Made by a program: the position numbers and the translations under genes. The notes below the pieces were generated by a model. The model had not been told where the DNA came from, ran no database searches, and saw only the letters and a program-made list of their open reading frames with translations. From Candidatus Omnitrophota bacterium (GTDB lineage: Bacteria > Omnitrophota > Gorgyraeia > Zapsychrales > Fredricksoniimonadaceae), in assembly GCA_030650275.1 (NCBI GenBank), contig JAUSEK010000021.1, forward strand, positions 20,106 to 84,105: a DNA stretch of 64,000 nt, in the 5' to 3' direction. Position 1 is the stretch's first letter. Each line of letters opens with the position of its first letter. Positions 47,014 through 57,612 of this stretch are shown piece after piece.

Positions 47014-48976
47014 CATTTTTGTCATACTCCTTGATCTTATCGCGGATCCGGGCGGCTTTCTCAAATTCCAGGTTACGGGCGGCTGATTCCATCTGCCGCT
47101 CAAGTTCCTGGACATGCCGGCCCATTTCGTATTCTTCCTCTGTTTGACCGGCAGCGGCCATGACCGTTGCCTCGGCCTCGGCCCATTGTTCAATGCCCTG
47201 GTTGATGGCCTTGACCACACTCGTAGGCGTGATGCCATGGCGAACGTTAAAGTCCATCTGGATCTTTCGCCGGCGTTCGCATTCAGCGATCATCCCTGTC
47301 ATGGCCGCGGAAACAGTGTCGGCATACATCACCACTTCCCCGTTGATGTTGCGCGCGGCGCGGCCCGCGGTCTGGATGAGCGCGGTCTGCGAACGCAAAA
47401 ACCCCTGCTTGTCCGCGTCAAAGATCGCCACCAAAGACACCTCCGGCAGATCAAGCCCTTCGCGCAAAAGGTTGACACCCACCAGGCAATCAAATTTTTT
47501 AAGCCGCAGGTCCTGCAAAATCTTAGTGCGGTCAATGGTCTCTATGTCCGAATGCAGGTATTTCACCGCAAGCCCCGCCTCCTCCAGATACGCGCACAGG
47601 TCCTCGGCCATGCGTTTGGTCAATGTCGTCACCAGCACGCGCTCGCCGCGTTTCGCGCGCGTCCGGCATTCGCGGACCAGGTCATCCACCTGGTCTTGTG
47701 TCGGCCGCACGACAATGGGCGGGTCCACGATCCCCGTCGGACGGATGACCTGTTCCACCGTCCTTCCCAGCGCTTCCTTGCGCTCATAGGGCCCGGGGGT
47801 GGCGGACACGTAAATACGCTGACCTATCATACCCTGCAGTTCGTGAAATTTCAAAGGCCTGTTGTCCAGACACGACGGCAAACGGAACCCGTGGGCCACC
47901 AGCATTTCCTTACGGGCACGGTCCCCCTCATACATCCCGCCCAGCTGGGGGACGGTGACGTGGCTTTCATCAATGACCGTTAGAAAATCTTTAGGGAAAT
48001 AATCGATCAGGCAAAACGGCCTCGAGCCCGCCGGACGGCCGGAAAGGACCCGCGAATAATTCTCAATGCCCTTGCACATTCCCATTTCTTTGAGCATTTC
48101 CATGTCGTAACGGGTGCGCGTGTTGAGACGCTGGGCTTCCAGAAGTTTGCCCTGGGCCTTAAGCTCTTCCAGGCGCACTTTGAGCTCCTCTTCAATATCC
48201 ACCAGCGCTTGTTCCAAGCGCGGCGGGGACACCAGGAAATGTTTGGCCGGATAAACAGCGGCGGCATCCAGCTCGGCAATGACATGGCCGGAAACCGGGT
48301 CGATCTGGCGTATCTTTTCGATCTCATCGTCCAAAAATTCAAACCTCAAAGCATCCTGCCGGTAAGCCGGGTAGACCTCCACCACGTCCCCGCGCACGCG
48401 CAGATGTCCGCGCGTGAATTCATAGTCGTTGCGTTCGTATTGGATGCCGATCAATTGCTCCAGCGCCTGGTCACGCTCAATGCGCTGGCCTTTGGTGAGA
48501 CGGACCATGTAGTTCTGGTAGTCCTCCGGTGAACCAAGATTATAAATACAGGAAACGCTGGCCACGATGATCACGTCCCGGCGGGACATGAGCGAAGTCG
48601 TGGCCGCCAGACGCAGACGGTCAAGGCGGTCGTTGATGGACGAGTCCTTTTCAATATAGACGTCGGTTTGCGGAATGTAGGCCTCGGGCTGGTAATAATC
48701 GTAATAACTGACGAAATACTCGACGGCATTGCGCGGGAAGAACTCTTTGAATTCGCCGTACAGCTGGGCGGCCAGGGTCTTGTTGTGGGAAATGACCAGA
48801 ACGGGGCGCTGGACTTCGTTGATGACGTTGGCGATCGTGAACGTCTTGCCCGAACCGGTCACGCCCAAAAGCACCTGGGCCTGCCTGTCCTCCTGAAGGC
48901 CCTGGACCAGGGCCGCGGCCGCCCTGCGTTGTTCCTCCACCGGCTCAAAAGGACTTTTGAGTTCAAAACGGTTCAT
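47000..48976 (-). CDS. uvrB: Excinuclease ABC subunit B
   Basis: 658 aa; GVTGSGKTFT Walker A; helicase motifs; C-terminal UvrB/UvrC interaction domain. Confidence 0.95.
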   Translation of the reverse strand: MNRFELKSPFEPVEEQRRAAAALVQGLQEDRQAQVLLGVTGSGKTFTIANVINEVQRPVLVISHNKTLAAQLYGEFKEFFPRNAVEYFVSYYDYYQPEAYIPQTDVYIEKDSSINDRLDRLRLAATTSLMSRRDVIIVASVSCIYNLGSPEDYQNYMVRLTKGQRIERDQALEQLIGIQYERNDYEFTRGHLRVRGDVVEVYPAYRQDALRFEFLDDEIEKIRQIDPVSGHVIAELDAAAVYPAKHFLVSPPRLEQALVDIEEELKVRLEELKAQGKLLEAQRLNTRTRYDMEMLKEMGMCKGIENYSRVLSGRPAGSRPFCLIDYFPKDFLTVIDESHVTVPQLGGMYEGDRARKEMLVAHGFRLPSCLDNRPLKFHELQGMIGQRIYVSATPGPYERKEALGRTVEQVIRPTGIVDPPIVVRPTQDQVDDLVRECRTRAKRGERVLVTTLTKRMAEDLCAYLEEAGLAVKYLHSDIETIDRTKILQDLRLKKFDCLVGVNLLREGLDLPEVSLVAIFDADKQGFLRSQTALIQTAGRAARNINGEVVMYADTVSAAMTGMIAECERRRKIQMDFNVRHGITPTSVVKAINQGIEQWAEAEATVMAAAGQTEEEYEMGRHVQELERQMESAARNLEFEKAARIRDKIKEYDKNAFSH

Positions 48977-49440
48977 GGGGAGGAAATGCTTTCGCTGCGG
49001 CGCTCAACGGCGTCCAGGATCCGATCAACCAGTTTATCATTGCGCGTTCCCTTGAATTGTTTGATCCCCAAAGGGGTCAGGCAGGCATAACGTATTTCCA
49101 CCTGGGCGCCGTCGGCCATGGGGCGGATAAAGGCGTTCAAATGCGTGTAGGAAGAATACAAAAACTTGGAATGCTGTTTAACGGAGGTGAAAAGCAAAAC
49201 GCCGCCGGTTGTGCTGTTCTGTGCGCTGTCATCGCGCTCATACGTGGACGGACTGGTTTCGCTTTGGACCGCCCAGCCCTCATCCGCCAGGACCTGCCTG
49301 ACAGCGGTAACAATGGCATCATAATTCCCATACACTTTGCGCACATACGGATGCTGCGGGTCAATATAGTTAGGGATGTTGACCGTGGCGCATCCGGCCA
49401 TGCATAAAAACAGAATGGATAAAATGATCTTATTCATCAT
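48973..49440 (-). CDS. Hypothetical lipoprotein
   Basis: Lipobox LFLCMAGC; 155 aa. Confidence 0.6.
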   Translation of the reverse strand: MMNKIILSILFLCMAGCATVNIPNYIDPQHPYVRKVYGNYDAIVTAVRQVLADEGWAVQSETSPSTYERDDSAQNSTTGGVLLFTSVKQHSKFLYSSYTHLNAFIRPMADGAQVEIRYACLTPLGIKQFKGTRNDKLVDRILDAVERRSESISSP

Positions 49441-49475
49441 AGGCCTTTCTATCAGAGGTTTGCCGCCCGATCCTG

Positions 49476-49778
49476 TTAACAGACCTTGCCATGCTTGTAG
49501 GGACGGTTTTTGTTCGCTTCACTCTTCTTGATGATCTCGCCTTGAATGTCGACACCCAACCCCTCGCACAGGTCAAAAAGCCGGATGAAGGTGTCGGCCA
49601 ATTCCTCGCGGAAATTCGCGTCGTCCTGCTTGCGGTGGGCTTCCATGGCCTCGGCCAATTCGGTGACAATGAGCATCAGCGCCTCGCCCACGTTACGTTC
49701 CTTGTCCCAAAACCCTTTTTCTTTGGCGATGGCGTGGCACGTTTGGCCCCATTCCTTGAGCGTTAAATGAGCGTCCAT
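49476..49778 (-). CDS. MazG-like nucleoside triphosphate pyrophosphohydrolase (single domain)
   Basis: 100 aa; EELADTFIRLFDL helix motif of the MazG/NTP-PPase fold. Confidence 0.7.
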   Translation of the reverse strand: MDAHLTLKEWGQTCHAIAKEKGFWDKERNVGEALMLIVTELAEAMEAHRKQDDANFREELADTFIRLFDLCEGLGVDIQGEIIKKSEANKNRPYKHGKVC

Positions 49779-49791
49779 GGATTCTCCTGTG

Positions 49792-50463
49792 TTATGGGTT
49801 CTTTTCTAAAAATTCCGCCATGTCCCTGGGTAAGGACGAGGCGACGACCTGTATTTTTCCCGTTGACAATGACGGCCACTCCAGACGTGCGGCGTGAAGC
49901 GCCGTGCGCCTGAAACGCAAAACGAAATCCTTACGCAACGCGTACACGTCCTCGCCGACCAGCGGATGACCGACTTTGGAAAAATGGATGCGGATCTGGT
50001 TGGTGCGTCCGGTCACCGGCTGCACGTCCACGACGGTAAAGTCCTTGTGATGGTCCACAACGCGATAACGGGTCAGCGCGCTGACGGCCGGCGCGGATGG
50101 TTTATAACGGTCCTTGACGGGAACGCGGATATCCCCTTGGGCCGGATGGATACGGCCGTGGACAAAAGCGATGTAATCCTTCTTCACGCGTCTTTCCTTG
50201 AACAGGCCCATGAGCTTGTGCTGATTATTTTTGCCCTTGGCGAAAAGGATAACGCCGGACGTGTCGCGGTCAAGCCGGTGCGCGGGATGCAAATGATCTT
50301 TGGGGAATTGCCGGTCAGCCAGCGCAGCGAGGGTGCGGCTTTCCCCTTTAGGGGTCGGGATCACCAAAAGCCCGGGCGGCTTGTCAAAAACGACGCAATC
50401 TCCATCCTCGAACAGGACGGGGATCGCAGGATCAGTTGTTGGGCGCGTCATCATGAGGACCAT
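49792..50463 (-). CDS. RluA-family pseudouridine synthase
   Basis: HRLDRDTSGVILFAK catalytic Asp motif. Confidence 0.85.
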   Translation of the reverse strand: MVLMMTRPTTDPAIPVLFEDGDCVVFDKPPGLLVIPTPKGESRTLAALADRQFPKDHLHPAHRLDRDTSGVILFAKGKNNQHKLMGLFKERRVKKDYIAFVHGRIHPAQGDIRVPVKDRYKPSAPAVSALTRYRVVDHHKDFTVVDVQPVTGRTNQIRIHFSKVGHPLVGEDVYALRKDFVLRFRRTALHAARLEWPSLSTGKIQVVASSLPRDMAEFLEKNP

Positions 50464-50602
50464 CAATATGCTCGTGCAGCAAGTCCGTGAGATAATTGAT
50501 CTTGCGGATAAGAAGGATCGGAAAAACGATCATCCAGACCTGAAAGGCCAGCGCCAGCAAAAGTTGTAACGGGGTGACCGATAAAGCAATGGCTTGTTCC
50601 AT
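50432..50602 (-). CDS. Candidate 56-aa single-pass membrane peptide (below the ORF-track size cutoff)
   Basis: ATG preceded by AGGAG at a 7-nt spacing; MEQAIALSVTPLQLLLALAFQVWMIVFPILLIRK... hydrophobic helix; 3' end overlaps the rluA start out of frame. Confidence 0.4.
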   Translation of the reverse strand: MEQAIALSVTPLQLLLALAFQVWMIVFPILLIRKINYLTDLLHEHIDGPHDDAPNN

Positions 50603-50611
50603 GATACGCTC

Positions 50612-50971
50612 CTAAAATGAGGCCACGAACCGCGCGATGGCCGCGCTGTCGCGGGATTTGATATCGCTAAAAAAGATCGCGGTGTTAAAGCAATCCCCCT
50701 GCGGCGCCGATTGCGCGCGCACCACCACCCCCTCGCAATCAATGCATTTGGAAGCGGTCTTTGTGCCCGAACGCAAAGGCAGCAGCAAATGGACCTTCAG
50801 CTTCGTCATCGGGGCCAAATACTTGCTGACCTGGCAAAAGGCGCCGGAACAGCTGATGTTCCTGGTCTGGGTGACAATGTCAAAATCGCCGCTTGATATT
50901 TTGACCGGAACGGCATGTTCCAGACGCGCGTGCCGCCGGCGTTCAAGTCCTATCGGTTGTGGGGATGACAC
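50612..50971 (-). CDS. PilZ-domain protein (c-di-GMP receptor)
   Basis: RRRHAR (RxxxR) and D/NxSxxG (NISCSGAF) motifs. Confidence 0.8.
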   Translation of the reverse strand: MSSPQPIGLERRRHARLEHAVPVKISSGDFDIVTQTRNISCSGAFCQVSKYLAPMTKLKVHLLLPLRSGTKTASKCIDCEGVVVRAQSAPQGDCFNTAIFFSDIKSRDSAAIARFVASF

Positions 50972-50973
50972 AT

Positions 50974-51270
50974 TTACTCCTTGGGGGTCTCGGCAGATGT
51001 TTCGGGCGGGACTTCAGCAGATGCGTCTTTTCCGCCGGAGGCGGATCCGCCTTTGGCGGAGGCCTGGGCAGCAGCAGCTTCGGATTCAGCGGCGGCAGCT
51101 TTGGCTTCGGCAGCAGCAGTTTTGGCCTCGGCCTGGACTTTCTTAAAACAATTGCTGTTGCAATAATACGCGCCGTTACGGTAAAAACGCCTTGCCCTTT
51201 TCAGGGGCTTCTTGCACGACGGGCAATTCTTCACTTCTTCAACAACAACGGCTTTCGCTTCTTCGGCCAT
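50974..51270 (-). CDS. Small zinc-ribbon protein with Ala/Glu/Lys-rich low-complexity tail
   Basis: CPSC...CNSNC four-Cys cluster; 98 aa; sandwiched between two PilZ genes. Confidence 0.55.
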   Translation of the reverse strand: MAEEAKAVVVEEVKNCPSCKKPLKRARRFYRNGAYYCNSNCFKKVQAEAKTAAAEAKAAAAESEAAAAQASAKGGSASGGKDASAEVPPETSAETPKE

Positions 51271-51294
51271 ACTTCTAATGCTCCTTTCAAAATA

Positions 51295-51630
51295 CTATTC
51301 GATATTGAACCGATGGGAGGAAACATAATTGCGGAGGACGGGGCCTGTATCCTGGTCGACAACAAACTCGATCCCGACGTCATAACGTTCGCTCTGGGGA
51401 ACCTCCCGGACCCAGATCACACGGCCTTGCGCGGCCAGAACGCGCTCGGGATCAGAAACATGGATCTGCAGGCGGACAATGGTATTGAGCGGTATGAATT
51501 CATGGACGTTTAAACACAAGCCCCCTTCGCTGATGTCGCCGGACAAAGAGCCGGTTAAAGGGGCTTCCCCTATTTGATACCCGACACTTTCCCTGAACGG
51601 AAAACGTTGGTGTTGCCTATTGTTCATCAT
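51295..51630 (-). CDS. PilZ-domain protein (second copy)
   Basis: RQHQRFPF (RxxxR) and DISEGGL (DxSxGG). The track ORF starts at 51681 with a non-ATG codon; the ATG at MMNNRQ is more plausible. Confidence 0.75.
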   Translation of the reverse strand: MMNNRQHQRFPFRESVGYQIGEAPLTGSLSGDISEGGLCLNVHEFIPLNTIVRLQIHVSDPERVLAAQGRVIWVREVPQSERYDVGIEFVVDQDTGPVLRNYVSSHRFNIE

Positions 51631-51678
51631 CGTTTTTAGTATAGCATATTCCCTGACGGAAACAACTGAAAATGGGTA

Positions 51679-51708
51679 CAAAAAAACGTCCCGCTTTTAG
51701 CGGGACGT
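51679..51708 (-). terminator. Rho-independent terminator (acgtcccgc-tttta-gcgggacgt followed by a U-run on the minus strand)
   Basis: 9-bp stem plus an A7 run on the plus strand (T-run on the transcribed strand), 35 nt after the stop of the small secreted-protein gene. Confidence 0.8.
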
Positions 51709-51742
51709 TGAGCTGTTCTGATAAAAGCAACAGCTGGCGTGA

Positions 51743-52021
51743 TCACTTATCGATAGGGAACGTCACAATATCCAGGACGCCGCCTACCATGTCCCTGACC
51801 ATATAACAGCTGCCTTTGAGCAGCCCAGCCGGCAAAGAAAACAGCAAAAACGACCCGTCCTTGGCTTCAGCCATGGCATGCTCTTTGATCTGCAGCGGAG
51901 ACTTGATCACGGCCACTACACCGTCTTTGAGCTTCTCCACAGGTCTGGGATAAGCGAATGACGGTACGGCAAAAACAACTGTGACAACTGCGGCAATGAA
52001 GAATGATAACATGTGTTTCAT
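51743..52021 (-). CDS. Small secreted hypothetical protein (92 aa)
   Basis: Signal peptide MKHMLSFFIAAVVTVVFAVPSFA; AGGAGG SD. Confidence 0.6.
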   Translation of the reverse strand: MKHMLSFFIAAVVTVVFAVPSFAYPRPVEKLKDGVVAVIKSPLQIKEHAMAEAKDGSFLLFSLPAGLLKGSCYMVRDMVGGVLDIVTFPIDK

Positions 52022-52132
52022 AGGCCCCTCCTTTTTAAAGAATTCCCTTATGGAATTCCTCTACTTAAAGTATGGCATGCCGCCGCAGCATATGCCACCC
52101 TTTGGGGGGTCTTTGAGAAAACGTTTTCCCGA

Positions 52133-53200
52133 TCACCACTCCAACGCGCCGCCGGTCTGGTATTCGGTCACGCGGGTCTCAAAGAAATTCTTCTCTTTCT
52201 TGAGGTCAATGACCTCGCTCATCCACGGGAACGGATTGCTGGAATTGTACTGGCGCGGCAGGTGCAATTTTTCCAGGCGCCGGTCGGCAATATACTGCAC
52301 GTATTCGCGCATCAGCGGGACATTCAATCCCAGGACCCCGCGTGGCAGGCATTCCTGGGCATAATTGACCTCCAATTCCACGGCACGCTTGATCCGCGTG
52401 ATCAGATAATCCGTGAATTGGGTGGTCCAGCAATACGGATTTTCCTCAATGATGGTGTTGATCAACTGAATGCCGAAATTCATGTGGATGCTCTCATCGC
52501 GCAGGATATACTGGATCTGTTCGCAGGCGCCGGGCATGCGGTTCTGGCGGCCGAAAGACAGCATGGTCACAAAGCCGCTGTAAAAAAAGATGCCCTCGGT
52601 CACCACGTAAAAAGCCACCAGATTATCGATGAATTTCTGCAGGCCCTCCTTCGTGGTCAGGTCCACATTCTGGTCGATGATCCCGTCGGTACAGCTCATC
52701 GAGAACTCGTCTTTTTCATAAATGGCCTTGTTCTCGCGGTACATGTTGAAAATTTCCGCTTCATCCAAAGACAGGGATTCAACGATGTATTGGAACGCGT
52801 GAACGTGGATGGCTTCCTCGAACGCCTGGCGCAGCAAATACTGGCGGCATTCGGGGTTGTCCACCATCTTGTAAATGGACAGGACGATATTGTTGCCGAC
52901 CAGGGTTTCCGCCGTCGAAAAGAAACCCAGATTGCGCTTGATGACATGACGCTCATCCGGGGTAAAAGCGTTGGGACTCTTCCACTGCTCAATGTCCCTT
53001 TGCATGGAAACCTCGGTGGGCATCCAGTGATTGGCGCAGCCGTCCAGATAAAAATGCCATGCCCATTTGTATTTGATGGGGACCAACTGGTTGACGTCCA
53101 CCGTGCGGTTGTTAAGAATGATCCGCTTATTGTCCGCTGAAACACGATCGCGGGTCATGCGGATCCCGCCGGCGCATTCGGGGGTAGGGTTCATTGGCAC
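52133..53200 (-). CDS. nrdB: Class Ia ribonucleotide reductase beta subunit
   Basis: Di-iron ligand motifs ([18 protein letters not shown]); C-terminal ...EYQ..; overlaps the nrdA stop by 10 nt. Confidence 0.9.
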   Translation of the reverse strand: MPMNPTPECAGGIRMTRDRVSADNKRIILNNRTVDVNQLVPIKYKWAWHFYLDGCANHWMPTEVSMQRDIEQWKSPNAFTPDERHVIKRNLGFFSTAETLVGNNIVLSIYKMVDNPECRQYLLRQAFEEAIHVHAFQYIVESLSLDEAEIFNMYRENKAIYEKDEFSMSCTDGIIDQNVDLTTKEGLQKFIDNLVAFYVVTEGIFFYSGFVTMLSFGRQNRMPGACEQIQYILRDESIHMNFGIQLINTIIEENPYCWTTQFTDYLITRIKRAVELEVNYAQECLPRGVLGLNVPLMREYVQYIADRRLEKLHLPRQYNSSNPFPWMSEVIDLKKEKNFFETRVTEYQTGGALEW

Positions 53201-56200
53201 GCTTCACAATCCTGAACAGGTTCAGCAGTGGCTTTGACCGCGGCGTCCACGACATGCCCCTTATCGTCGCGCGGACGCTGGCCGACCATATCATTGTATT
53301 TGGCCGCGTCCAGGGTGCTTTTCTCAATGCGGGTAGCGCCCATGGAACGCAGATAATACGTTGTCTTAAGGCCTTTTTCCCAGGCGAACATGTACATGTC
53401 GCTGATCTTCTTGCCGCTGGGTTTGGCCTGGTAGAGGTTCAGGGACTGGCCCATATCGATCCATTTCTGCCGGCGGCTGGCCGCCTCCACCATCCATTCA
53501 TAATCCACCTCAAAAGCAGTGGCGTATTTGGCCTTCAAAACAGCCGGGATGCGGGGAATTTCCTGGACGCTGCCGTCAAAATATTTGATGTCATCGATCA
53601 TTTCCTGGTCCCAGACCCCCAGTTTCTTCAGATCCTCGACCAGATACTCATTGATGACCGTAAATTCGCCCGACAGATTGCTTTTAACGAACACATTTTT
53701 GTACACGGGCTCTATGGACGCGGTGACACCGACGATATTGCCGATGGTCGCTGTCGGGGCAATGGCCATGACTAAACTATTGCGCATGCCATGGGCCTTG
53801 ATCGCGTCACGCACCGGCTGCCAATCCATACGCTGGGTGCGATCCACATCCAGATAACCGCCGCGTTCCCGGGCCAGCAATTCCAAGGTGTCCATGGGCA
53901 AATACCCGCGGTCCCATTTGGAACCCTTGTAGGTCGAATACGCGCCGCGCTCCCGGGCTAAAACCGTTGAAGCCAGAATAGCATAATAGGAAACAGCCTC
54001 CATGCTGGCATCGGCGAATTCAACCCCTTCCGTGGACGCGTAACTCAAATTCTGATGATAAAGCGCGTCCTGGAAACCCATGATCCCAAGCCCCACCGGA
54101 CGATGATGCTGGTTGGCATTCTGGGCTTCCGACGTCGGATAATAGTTGATGTCAATGACGTTATCCAGCATGCGCACGGCCGTGGTCACTGTTTCCTGGA
54201 GTTTCTTAAAATTAATACCCTGGGCCGTGACATGGACACCCAAATTGACAGACCCCAGATTACAAACAGCCGTTTCTTCTTTCGACGTATTTAAAAGGAT
54301 CTCTGTGCACAAATTGGAACTGTGCACCACACCCACGTGGTCCTGGGGAGAACGTATGTTGGAAGGGTCTTTCCAGGTGATCCACGGATGGCCCGTCTCA
54401 AAAAGCATGTTGAGCATCTTGCGCCACAATTGCACGGCCGACACCACCTTAAAACACTTGATCTTGCCCTGGCGGGCCATTTCTTCATATTCTTCGTAGC
54501 GTTTTTCGAAGGCCTGACCATACAGATGGTGCAGGTCCGGCGCTTCGGAAGGGGTCAGCAAGGTCCAATCCGCGTTGGCTTTGACCCTTTTCATAAAAAG
54601 ATCGGGGATCCAGCTGGCGGTGTGCATGTCATGGGTGCGGCGGCGGTCATCGCCGGTATTCTTGCGCAATTCGAGAAACTCCTCGATGTCCAGATGCCAC
54701 ACTTCCAGATACGCGCACATGGCGCCCTGGCGTTTGCCGCCCTGATTGACCGCCAAAGCCGTGTCATTGGCCACTTTCAGAAACGGGATGATCCCCTGGC
54801 TTTTGCCGTTGGTGCCCTTGATGCGCGAGCCCATGGCGCGCACGCTGGTCCAGTCATTGCCAAGCCCGCCGCTCCATTTGGACAACAGCGCGTCGTCCTG
54901 GATGCATTTGAAAATATGCCCGAGATCATCCTCGATGGTGGTCAAAAAACAGGAAGACAATTGCGGATGGCGGCTTCCGGAATTGAACAGCGTCGGAGTG
55001 GAAGACGTGAACCGGAACGTGGACAGGATATTGTAGAATTCCACGGCCCGCGCGTTTTTCTGCTGGCCTTCGTTGACCGCCAAGCCCATGGCCACGCGCA
55101 TCCAAAATACCTGCGGCAGTTCAATGCGCCTGTCCTGCCAGTGGATGAAATAACGGTCATACAGGGTCTGCAGGCCCATATAACGGAAAATAAAATCCCG
55201 CTCAGGGCTAATGTTCTTGCCCAAAAATTTCAGGTCGAATTGCTTTAAGTCCGGTGTCAATAATTCCCACTGCACGGCCTGATGGATGTATTGGGCGAAA
55301 TATTCCGGATACTCGGCGCGCATGCGCTCAAAAGACGCCTCATACCCCAGGGCCTCGTGATATTCCATCAACAGCAATAAACGGGCCGCCACAAAAGAAT
55401 AATTTGGCTCTTTTTCGATGAACGCGCGCGCGGCCATGATATTGGCCAGGGCCATTTGCCGCTCGGTCATGCCGTTGTAATAATTCTTGACCGCTTCCCT
55501 GAACAAAATGTCGACGGAAACATCCGCCAGCCCTTTGCAGCAGGTCTCAAACTTGAAACGCACCTCGTCCAAGTCGATGGGACGCTCTTCGGCCTTGTCA
55601 TTTTTAATGACAAGATTTTTGGCCCACTCAACATTTTCTTCCATCTGGACCAGGGCGCCGCGCCGGTTCTTGGCGCGTTCTTCCCTATAGATGATGTAAC
55701 GCTTGGCCACCTCATGATAACCGGCGGCCATGATCACCTTCTCAACAATGTCCTGGATCTCTTCGATCTGGATCGCTTTGCCATCCGGCCAGCGGGTGCG
55801 GACCTCCCCCACGACCTTTTCACTCAATTCATGCGCTTTTTCCACCAGGATCTCATTATAAACGCCTCTATTATGGGCAATGAGCGCCTTGGCGATGGCC
55901 AGCGTGACTTTCTCCTGCTTGAAAGACACCACCTTGCCGGAGCGCTTGATGACGGAATACAGTTCGAACAATTGCCGGTGCGCGGCATGATGGCGACGGT
56001 AACTGGCATAACGCTCCGCCACTTCTTTAAAACCATTCTCATACAATTGCCGGATGACCTCATCCTGGATCTCTTCCACCGTCAAAAAGGCCTTATGGGA
56101 CCCGCGTTCACGCAAAACAGCTGTCACGCAGTCCGCCGCCTTTTTGGCATCCGCCATCATCTGTTCGGTCAGTTCTGATTCACGCGGCAAACCCGCCTGT

Positions 56201-56310
56201 TCCTTGAACGCGTTGGCCACCGCGTGCGCAATGCGCAGAGGAATGAACTCAATGATCTGGCCGTTGCGTTTCTGGACTTTGATGTCGGAGGTGATGGTTT
56301 CAGCGGACAT
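53191..56310 (-). CDS. nrdA: Class Ia ribonucleotide reductase alpha subunit with an extended multi-ATP-cone N-terminal region
   Basis: 1039 aa; repeated ATP-cone starts ([11 protein letters not shown]..., [11 protein letters not shown]..., a third degenerate one); catalytic core with CTE...Cys pairs. Confidence 0.9.
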   Translation of the reverse strand: MSAETITSDIKVQKRNGQIIEFIPLRIAHAVANAFKEQAGLPRESELTEQMMADAKKAADCVTAVLRERGSHKAFLTVEEIQDEVIRQLYENGFKEVAERYASYRRHHAAHRQLFELYSVIKRSGKVVSFKQEKVTLAIAKALIAHNRGVYNEILVEKAHELSEKVVGEVRTRWPDGKAIQIEEIQDIVEKVIMAAGYHEVAKRYIIYREERAKNRRGALVQMEENVEWAKNLVIKNDKAEERPIDLDEVRFKFETCCKGLADVSVDILFREAVKNYYNGMTERQMALANIMAARAFIEKEPNYSFVAARLLLLMEYHEALGYEASFERMRAEYPEYFAQYIHQAVQWELLTPDLKQFDLKFLGKNISPERDFIFRYMGLQTLYDRYFIHWQDRRIELPQVFWMRVAMGLAVNEGQQKNARAVEFYNILSTFRFTSSTPTLFNSGSRHPQLSSCFLTTIEDDLGHIFKCIQDDALLSKWSGGLGNDWTSVRAMGSRIKGTNGKSQGIIPFLKVANDTALAVNQGGKRQGAMCAYLEVWHLDIEEFLELRKNTGDDRRRTHDMHTASWIPDLFMKRVKANADWTLLTPSEAPDLHHLYGQAFEKRYEEYEEMARQGKIKCFKVVSAVQLWRKMLNMLFETGHPWITWKDPSNIRSPQDHVGVVHSSNLCTEILLNTSKEETAVCNLGSVNLGVHVTAQGINFKKLQETVTTAVRMLDNVIDINYYPTSEAQNANQHHRPVGLGIMGFQDALYHQNLSYASTEGVEFADASMEAVSYYAILASTVLARERGAYSTYKGSKWDRGYLPMDTLELLARERGGYLDVDRTQRMDWQPVRDAIKAHGMRNSLVMAIAPTATIGNIVGVTASIEPVYKNVFVKSNLSGEFTVINEYLVEDLKKLGVWDQEMIDDIKYFDGSVQEIPRIPAVLKAKYATAFEVDYEWMVEAASRRQKWIDMGQSLNLYQAKPSGKKISDMYMFAWEKGLKTTYYLRSMGATRIEKSTLDAAKYNDMVGQRPRDDKGHVVDAAVKATAEPVQDCEACQ

Positions 56311-56344
56311 GGATCAATCCTCCTGATGAATAAAAAATGAAAAA

Positions 56345-56392
56345 ACACTATATGTATACATCAAATGCTCAAACAACACTACATATAGTATG
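56345..56392 (-). promoter_or_regulatory. Tandem NrdR boxes upstream of nrdAB (acactatatgtatacat ... acactacatatagtatgt, about 3 helical turns apart)
   Basis: Match the NrdR-box consensus acaCwAtATaTwGtgt; located 35-80 nt upstream of the nrdA start. Confidence 0.7.
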
Positions 56393-56409
56393 TATTAAAA
56401 ATAGCAAAG

Positions 56410-57027
56410 TCAAACTTTTTTTGAATTTTTGTAACGCTTTTCCACTTCCTGCCAGTTGACCACGTTCCAAAATGCCGCGATGTAATCGGGCCTGCGGTTC
56501 TGGTAATTGAGGTAATAGGCATGCTCCCAGACGTCAATGCCAAGGACGGGAACCTTGCCTTCCATGACCGGGCTGTCCTGATTGGCGCTTGAGGATATTT
56601 CCAGTTTTCCGTCTTTGGTGACCGACAGCCACGCCCATCCGGAGCCGAAACGGGTCGTTGCCGCCTGGCCGAATTTTTCCTTGAACACGTCAAAAGAACC
56701 GAAGGCCAGGTTGATGGCTGCGGCTATGTTACCGATGGGAGCGCCGCCGGCCTTGGGGCCGATGATGGTCCAAAAGAAGGTGTGATTCGCGTGACCGCCG
56801 CCGTTGTTGCGCACGGCATTGCGGATATCTTCGGGGACCACGTTCAAATTGGTGATCAATTCCTCGACGCTCTTACTTTCCAGGTCCGACTTGCCTTTGA
56901 TGGCGTTGTTCACGTTATTGATATAGGCCTGATGATGTTTGGTGTGGTGGATCTCCATGGTGCGGGCATCGATGTACGGCTCTAAAGCATTATAAGGGTA
57001 AGTCAAAGCGGGTAATGTGTAAGCCAT
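56410..57027 (-). CDS. sodA: Fe/Mn superoxide dismutase
   Basis: [15 protein letters not shown]...DVWEHAYY metal ligands. Confidence 0.95.
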   Translation of the reverse strand: MAYTLPALTYPYNALEPYIDARTMEIHHTKHHQAYINNVNNAIKGKSDLESKSVEELITNLNVVPEDIRNAVRNNGGGHANHTFFWTIIGPKAGGAPIGNIAAAINLAFGSFDVFKEKFGQAATTRFGSGWAWLSVTKDGKLEISSSANQDSPVMEGKVPVLGIDVWEHAYYLNYQNRRPDYIAAFWNVVNWQEVEKRYKNSKKV

Positions 57028-57048
57028 AAGACACCTCCTGGTTAAATA

Positions 57049-57086
57049 GGTAGCACCTGCCTTCTTTCGAGAAGGCAGGTGCTACC
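57049..57086 (-). terminator. Perfect 17-bp stem-loop (ggtagcacctgccttct-ttcg-agaaggcaggtgctacc) between the tpx stop and the sodA RBS
   Basis: Very stable hairpin; only a short U tract follows, so it may act as terminator/attenuator or as an mRNA 3'-end stabiliser. Confidence 0.6.
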
Positions 57087-57090
57087 TTAA

Positions 57091-57597
57091 TTATAAAGAA
57101 CGAACGGCTTTTAATACCGCTTCATAATCCGGTTCCGTGGCCACTTCTTTGACCAATTGGACATAACAGACCTTGCCGGCAGCATCAATGACAAAAATGG
57201 CGCGGGCCAAAAGATTAAGCCCCTTGAGGAGAACGCCGTAGATCTCGCCGAAATTGCCGCGGTAATCCGACAGGGTCCTGACCGCCGTTGCCCCGGCCGC
57301 GGCGCACCAGCGTTTTTGCGCGAAAGGCAAGTCCTTGCTGACGGTGACCACGACCACATCGCCGAGTTTGGAAGCCTCCTGGTTAAAACGTTTGGTCTGA
57401 AGGTCGCAGACCGGAGTATCCAGCGACGGGACCACTGAAATGATCACTTTCTTTCCCTTGAAAGAGGACAATTTCACTTCGGAAAGGTCATTGGCCACCA
57501 GGGTGGCATCCGGGGCCATGTCCCCCACCTTCACCTCGTTGCCCAAAAGGGTCAGAGGATTGCCTTTCATCGTTGTTAAACCTGTGCGTTCAGGCAT
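57091..57597 (-). CDS. tpx: Thiol peroxidase (atypical 2-Cys peroxiredoxin)
   Basis: VVPSLDTPVCDLQTKRFN peroxidatic Cys; likely start at MPERT (AAGGAG SD) rather than the track start 57612. Confidence 0.9.
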   Translation of the reverse strand: MPERTGLTTMKGNPLTLLGNEVKVGDMAPDATLVANDLSEVKLSSFKGKKVIISVVPSLDTPVCDLQTKRFNQEASKLGDVVVVTVSKDLPFAQKRWCAAAGATAVRTLSDYRGNFGEIYGVLLKGLNLLARAIFVIDAAGKVCYVQLVKEVATEPDYEAVLKAVRSL

Positions 57598-57612
57598 TGT
57601 GTCTCCTTCCAT

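Noticed and set aside
47114-47983. 289-aa and 209-aa plus-strand ORFs
   Set aside because: Antisense to uvrB.
52013-53140. 375-aa plus-strand ORF
   Set aside because: Antisense to nrdB.
54322-56178. 308-aa and 240-aa plus-strand ORFs
   Set aside because: Antisense to nrdA.
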